DNA of 64,000 nt, from the NCBI GenBank assembly GCA_030431375.1, contig JAUIIY010000006.1, forward strand, positions 2,808 through 66,807. Direction: 5' to 3'. The notes under the pieces were generated by a model, which made no database searches, was not told the origin of the DNA, and saw only the letters and a list, made by a program, of their open reading frames with translations. Source of the DNA: Alphaproteobacteria bacterium. GTDB lineage: Bacteria > Pseudomonadota > Alphaproteobacteria > Rickettsiales > JABSSG01. Numbering within the stretch: position 1 is the first letter of the stretch; every line of letters starts with the position of its first letter. The translations under genes were made by a program, and so were the position numbers. Positions 59,320 through 64,000 of this stretch are shown here, piece by piece.

Positions 59320-61371
59320 ATGCACCCAAAAAAATCATTACCCCCAATTGCTGAGAAGAGACCGCATAAAATTACGATCCACGGCCAAGTGCTTGAAGAT
59401 GATTACCATTGGTTGAGAGATAAAAACTGGCCAAAAACATCAGACAGAAAAATTCTGAATTATCTGAAGGAAGAGAATAATTATAGCTCAGAGTTTTTTT
59501 CTAAATATGAAAAGCTACAAGAGCAACTTTATAATGAAATGAAAGGAAGAATAAAACTTTCTGACATTTCTGCCGCAATTAAACGAAGAAATTATCACTA
59601 TTTTCACAAAACTTTTGCAGAATCCGAGTATAAACAACACCTCAGAAAAAATTCAAACAATATAGAGGAAATTGTAATCGATGAAAATATTGAGGCTAAG
59701 GGAAAAGAATTTTTCTCACTTGGTACAATAGCAATTAGCCCAAACGACGAATATGCAGCATATAGCACAGACGTCTCTGGAAATGAATATTACACAATTA
59801 AAGTACGGGTTATTTCTGAACAAATTGATCTAGAAGATGAAATAAAAAACACACTAGGATCTATTGTCTGGGCAAATGACAATAGTGGTTTCTACTATAA
59901 TTTATTAGATGAAAATTGGAGACCAAATAAAATATTTTTCCATAAATTAGGAACTAAACAATCCAATGACAAATTAATCTACCACGAAAATGATAACACG
60001 TTTAGAGTTGCGGTTTCCAAATCACGTGATGAGAAATATATATTTGTAAATTCCTCCAGCTCCGAACAAGATGAGGTTCGCATTATTAATCAGGATAACT
60101 CTACTACACCACTTATCGTCAGATCGAATAAACATTTATTTGCTATTGATCATTTCAAAAACAGATTTTTCCTACTGACAAACGACAAAGGTAAAAACTT
60201 TAGATTAGTTTCTGCTGAGAATGAGCATGATTTATCACAGCAAAATTATAAAGAAATTTTAGCCCATTCGAACAATATTTACCTGACTGATTTTTTCTTA
60301 TTTAATGAATATTTAGTTATTAATAAAAGAGAACAAGGTCTCAACAACATATATATTTATGATTTTGACTATAGCTTAAAAGACAAAATTATATTCCCTG
60401 ATGCTGCATATAAAAGCGATATAGTTAATTCATGGCATGATGATAATGGCGTATTAATCAGCTATTCGTCTCTTAGAACACCTCCTTCTGTTCTCAAATA
60501 TAAATTCGATACAAAGAATTTAGAAATAATAAAGGAACAAGAAATTCCTTCAGGACATAATCAAGAAGATTATGCGATTGAAAGATTATATGTAGACTCG
60601 CGTGAAGAAGGAATCGAAATTCCTGTATCTCTTATATATAAAAAATCACTATTTAAAGATGATAATTCTAACCCTCTTCTATTATACGGCTATGGATCTT
60701 ATGGTTATGCATACCCGCCATCATTTAACAGTAATGTTTTTTCTCTGATCGATAGAGGCTTCGTCTTTGCAATTGCTCATATTAGAGGAGGAGACGATCT
60801 TGGATATAATTGGTATGAGCAAGCAAAATTCTTGAATAAAAAACGTACTTTCAACGACTTTATAGATATATTAAAATTTTTTGCAGAAAGTAATTACTCT
60901 AATTCCCAAAATATATCGATATGGGGCGGAAGTGCAGGGGGCATGCTTGTAGGTGTTACTCTAAACGAAGCATCTAAGTATCTCCATTCTGCTATAGCCG
61001 ATGTTCCATTCGTAGATGTACTAAACACCATGCTAGACGAAACTTTGCCTCTAACTCCAGGGGAATTCAAAGAATGGGGAAATCCAAAAGAAAAGGAATA
61101 TTTCGATTATATAAAATCCTACTCTCCATATGATAATATTAAATCACAAAATTATCCTCATGTTTTTGTATGTGCAGGATTAAATGATCCTAGAGTTACT
61201 TATTGGGAACCAGCAAAATATGTAGCAAAACTAAGGGATAAAAAAACGGATCACAATCTTTTGATCATGGAAACAGAAATGCACGCAGGACACCAAGGTA
61301 AAACTGGCAGATTCAGTTACTTAAAAGAGTTAGCAAAAAAATATGTTTTCCTTTTAGCCACCCGAAAATAA
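59320..61371 (+). CDS. ptrB: Oligopeptidase B / S9A prolyl-oligopeptidase-family peptidase
   Basis: 683-aa ORF. N-terminus PPIAEKRPHKITIHGQVLEDDYHWLRD. Nucleophile GGSAGGMLVG. GLNDPRV, AGHQG. Confidence 0.88.
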   Translation: MHPKKSLPPIAEKRPHKITIHGQVLEDDYHWLRDKNWPKTSDRKILNYLKEENNYSSEFFSKYEKLQEQLYNEMKGRIKLSDISAAIKRRNYHYFHKTFAESEYKQHLRKNSNNIEEIVIDENIEAKGKEFFSLGTIAISPNDEYAAYSTDVSGNEYYTIKVRVISEQIDLEDEIKNTLGSIVWANDNSGFYYNLLDENWRPNKIFFHKLGTKQSNDKLIYHENDNTFRVAVSKSRDEKYIFVNSSSSEQDEVRIINQDNSTTPLIVRSNKHLFAIDHFKNRFFLLTNDKGKNFRLVSAENEHDLSQQNYKEILAHSNNIYLTDFFLFNEYLVINKREQGLNNIYIYDFDYSLKDKIIFPDAAYKSDIVNSWHDDNGVLISYSSLRTPPSVLKYKFDTKNLEIIKEQEIPSGHNQEDYAIERLYVDSREEGIEIPVSLIYKKSLFKDDNSNPLLLYGYGSYGYAYPPSFNSNVFSLIDRGFVFAIAHIRGGDDLGYNWYEQAKFLNKKRTFNDFIDILKFFAESNYSNSQNISIWGGSAGGMLVGVTLNEASKYLHSAIADVPFVDVLNTMLDETLPLTPGEFKEWGNPKEKEYFDYIKSYSPYDNIKSQNYPHVFVCAGLNDPRVTYWEPAKYVAKLRDKKTDHNLLIMETEMHAGHQGKTGRFSYLKELAKKYVFLLATRK

Positions 61372-61381
61372 TAAATATATT

Positions 61382-63154
61382 TTATCTGATCGGTATCTCA
61401 AAATGGATTGCACTGCCTTCTTCGACATTCTCAGCCCATATTTTACCTTTATGAGCCTCAATAATTTCTTTACACAAGGCAAGTCCCAAACCCTTTCCTC
61501 CTGATTTCGTCTTAGTCTTACTGCTCTCAACGAAAGGCTTAAATATATCTTCTAATTCATCTTCAGGTATACCAATTCCATTATCAAGAACTGAAACTCT
61601 TAAATTATCTTGTTTATTTTGCACAAGAATTCTTACAGTACCACTTGAGCTATATTTATATGAATTATTGATCAAGTTATTTATGACTTGCTGCATACGA
61701 ACCTTATCACATTTTACCTTAGTGTTTACGTTTTTAGCGAAATCAACTTCCAAATTTATCTTTTTCTTTGATTCAATCAATGCCGCCATTTGCTTTATGG
61801 AGGAATCAATCACCAGGCGAAAATCACATAGCCTAAAATTGAATGACATTTTGCTTTCTTCGAGTTTTGATAAATCTAAGACATTACTCATCAACTGCAT
61901 CAAACGCTCACCACTATCAGATATAATCCTCACGTAATTTTTCTTATCTTTTTCGTCTATCTTTTCCCATCTTTTATATAATTCTGAGGATATCCCTAGT
62001 ATTCCTTGAAGAGGCGTTCTAATTTCATGACTAATATTATTTAGGAATTCCTGCTTTACCTGCAAGGCTTGCTGCAAATGTAGAGTTCTGCTAGTAACTT
62101 CATCTTGTAACGCTTTATTAAAGTGCTGAATCCTGCCGATATTTTTGGCAAGTTGAGCAATTTCCTGATATTTGAAGCCTTTCATATGAGTATCACCATC
62201 AGAAGATTGTGACAATGCGTATAGACTTTCCAAAGGCACTATTATTTTATCTCTCAGCGAGGTAAGTAAATAAATACTTATTAGTGCTAAAGACAATATG
62301 GCAATAATTTTAGGAGTCACATCACCGAAAAAACTCTCTAGAACTTTTTCGTGATTATAGCCAACTAATATCCTAAAAGGATAAAATTTCGAGTTTACTA
62401 TATATTCAATTTCGATGTCATCACTATACACAATCGGCTGCTTTAACTTGCCATGATATGATGATAAATCAAGCTTTTTAAAGAAGCTATTATTGATTGT
62501 AAGAAGTTGATTAGAACTAACAAGTATATCACCTCTCGTATTCACTACAAAAAACTCATAATGAAGATCTGAAGCTATGTCTTTCAGCTTATCTCGAATT
62601 TTTTTAATACTTAATTCAACTGCAACAGTTCCAGCGTATTTTCCATCTCTATCCTCTACGCCAAGTCCAGCTGGAATCACATACTCCCCACTCGGAATAC
62701 CAAATGATGGTATGCCAAGTATTAGCTTCCATGGGGCGTGCTTTGTTTTTGCGATATACTCTCTAGAGCTTAAATCTATAGGTTCATATAGCACTCCCTG
62801 CTTAGAATTGACCAGTAAATTTTGGGAGAAGTCAACCCAGTCAAAATAGGTCCATGAAAATATATTAGTAATATTATCAGGAATATCCTCTTTAACTAAA
62901 TGAGCGATTTTCTCCAGTTTATTTGGTCCCACATGCAAAATTTTTCTTCCAAGCAATACAGCATAATGTTCTGTATTTGAAAAATCATTTATGAGAACAC
63001 TATCGAACTGTTCTGCGACTTCCGCATAACTTTGGTTCCTCTCTTTTTTTTCTAAAAAAAATACTATAAATGAAACCAATGCGGAAAGCACAACTCCAAT
63101 CACAAATATCATTATAGAGATTTTTTTAAAATCTGATGAAAGTTTTGTTTTCAT
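61382..63154 (-). CDS. Sensor histidine kinase with an extracytoplasmic Cache-like sensor domain
   Basis: 590-aa ORF with two TM helices flanking a ~250-aa periplasmic region. H-box FLNNISHEIRTPLQGILG, N-box VINNLINNSYKYS, G-boxes DNGIGIP and GGKGLGLALCKEI. No response regulator is adjacent. Confidence 0.88.
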   Translation of the reverse strand: MKTKLSSDFKKISIMIFVIGVVLSALVSFIVFFLEKKERNQSYAEVAEQFDSVLINDFSNTEHYAVLLGRKILHVGPNKLEKIAHLVKEDIPDNITNIFSWTYFDWVDFSQNLLVNSKQGVLYEPIDLSSREYIAKTKHAPWKLILGIPSFGIPSGEYVIPAGLGVEDRDGKYAGTVAVELSIKKIRDKLKDIASDLHYEFFVVNTRGDILVSSNQLLTINNSFFKKLDLSSYHGKLKQPIVYSDDIEIEYIVNSKFYPFRILVGYNHEKVLESFFGDVTPKIIAILSLALISIYLLTSLRDKIIVPLESLYALSQSSDGDTHMKGFKYQEIAQLAKNIGRIQHFNKALQDEVTSRTLHLQQALQVKQEFLNNISHEIRTPLQGILGISSELYKRWEKIDEKDKKNYVRIISDSGERLMQLMSNVLDLSKLEESKMSFNFRLCDFRLVIDSSIKQMAALIESKKKINLEVDFAKNVNTKVKCDKVRMQQVINNLINNSYKYSSSGTVRILVQNKQDNLRVSVLDNGIGIPEDELEDIFKPFVESSKTKTKSGGKGLGLALCKEIIEAHKGKIWAENVEEGSAIHFEIPIR

Positions 63155-63300
63155 GAAACTTAAATTTTGCTACTTGTGAACGATATTAACATTTGTATTA
63201 ATTAAGGCAATTTAATTATCAATTGTGATAAGATTTATGAAACTTTACTTACCCGACAAAATAGTGTACAAAAACTCGTATAAATTATTCTAACAAATTA

Positions 63301-64000
63301 GTGCCAAAAAAAACTTTTACGAAGAAATATATTAATTCTTGGCTAATAGTGTTAGCTTGTTCGGTGTTTTACTGTTATCAGTTCCTAATCCGTGTGTCAC
63401 CTAATACACTAAACCAAGAATTCATGCAAGCGTTTGGTGTAGATGCTCTCGGATTCGGCATAATAGTTGCATTCTACAATTGGGCATATTCTGGCCTACA
63501 ACTACCCCTTGGTATAACAATCGATAGAATTAATATCAAATTTTTGTTACCAATATCGCCAATATTATGCGCTATTTCTTGCCTGATAATCGCTTATGCA
63601 AATGACCCAATATACGCATCAATAGCACGATTTATGGCTGGAATGGGATCTGCGTGCGGATTCATTGGAACGGTAAAAGTTGCATCCTTAGTTTTACCGA
63701 CAAGAAAGATAGGGATTGCAATTGGTATTACAATTTTGTTTGGCACATTCGGCGCAGGCATTGGTGGCCAACCGCTAGAGTGGCTTGCTTCACAGCATGG
63801 CTGGCGTAACATAATGCTTTACCTTGCCGTCATAGGAATTTGCTTGTCTATCGCAATATACTCCGCTCTTTCATCCATATTAGTATCAATGAGACATAAG
63901 AGCTTTAAAGCAGAGTCTTCTCACCCCTTAGCAGATTTAAAAGCCTTAATTACTACTCCTCAAACGCTGCTGCTTGCTTTATATGGTATGCTCATGTATA
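63301..64000 (+). CDS. MFS transporter, 5' partial (runs off the window end)
   Basis: My own translation from GTG 63301 is VPKKTFTKKYINSWLIVLACSVFYCYQFLIRVSP...GITIDRINIKF...ARFMAGMGSACGF... This is an open frame to position 64000 with TM periodicity and an MFS loop 2-3 motif (G.TIDR). An in-frame stop at 63262-63264 bounds the start. It is absent from the ORF track because no stop is reached. Confidence 0.75.
   Translation, partial: MPKKTFTKKYINSWLIVLACSVFYCYQFLIRVSPNTLNQEFMQAFGVDALGFGIIVAFYNWAYSGLQLPLGITIDRINIKFLLPISPILCAISCLIIAYANDPIYASIARFMAGMGSACGFIGTVKVASLVLPTRKIGIAIGITILFGTFGAGIGGQPLEWLASQHGWRNIMLYLAVIGICLSIAIYSALSSILVSMRHKSFKAESSHPLADLKALITTPQTLLLALYGMLMY

Noticed and set aside
63594-63812. 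72-aa minus-strand ORF near the window end
   Set aside because: It lies antisense to an open plus-strand frame with clear MFS transporter features that is missing from the ORF track only because it runs off the window.

Overview
This is a visibly AT-rich, very gene-dense chromosomal segment. Many neighbouring genes overlap by 1-50 nt and only a handful of gaps exceed 100 nt. It reads as an alphaproteobacterium with an obligate-intracellular lifestyle, Rickettsiales/Holosporales-like. That placement is inferred from gene content only and was not checked by any search. The supporting evidence is the alpha-typical families DUF1022/ELM1, DUF1013 and DUF2497/PopZ next to tolC. It also includes the tpiA-secG-pyrG-kdsA, rpsB-tsf-pyrH-frr and glyQ-glyS-ppdK blocks, a ProP-type MFS transporter, and several ankyrin and pentapeptide repeat proteins. 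I call about 60 CDS and 2 tRNAs (Cys-GCA, Asp-GUC). I found no rRNA, CRISPR, transposase, integrase or phage genes. The backbone is housekeeping: aminoacyl-tRNA synthetases gltX, metG and glyQS; DNA repair genes mutL, mutM, nth and a family-4 UDG; translation genes; central metabolism genes gltA, ppdK and tpiA; and envelope genes kdsA, tolC and an O-antigen ligase. The parts worth a second look fall into four groups. (1) A nine-gene Mrp-type cation/proton antiporter operon has the archaeal Mbh-like order E-F-G-(MrpA C-terminal/B fusion)-B-C followed by three antiporter-like subunits. It has no full-length MrpA, no redox module, and a trailing serine hydrolase gene. (2) Single-gene insertions of eukaryote-like or orphan proteins sit inside or beside core operons. 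These are a 1086-aa protein with two pentapeptide-repeat blocks, a 530-aa orphan, an ankyrin plus degenerate alpha/beta-hydrolase fusion, an ankyrin protein with a two-helix membrane hairpin paired with a mini-MscS, and a Sec-signal ankyrin protein translationally coupled to trmD where rimM normally sits. (3) A three-gene envelope operon encodes a membrane-anchored pentapeptide protein, a secreted intradiol-dioxygenase-fold protein that has lost most iron ligands, and an AmpD-type amidase. (4) There are smaller oddities: a signal-peptide SAM methyltransferase, a tandem degenerate FKBP, overlapping convergent gene ends, and a structured rpsB leader. None of the effector or function ideas can be proven from sequence alone, so each finding lists how to test it.
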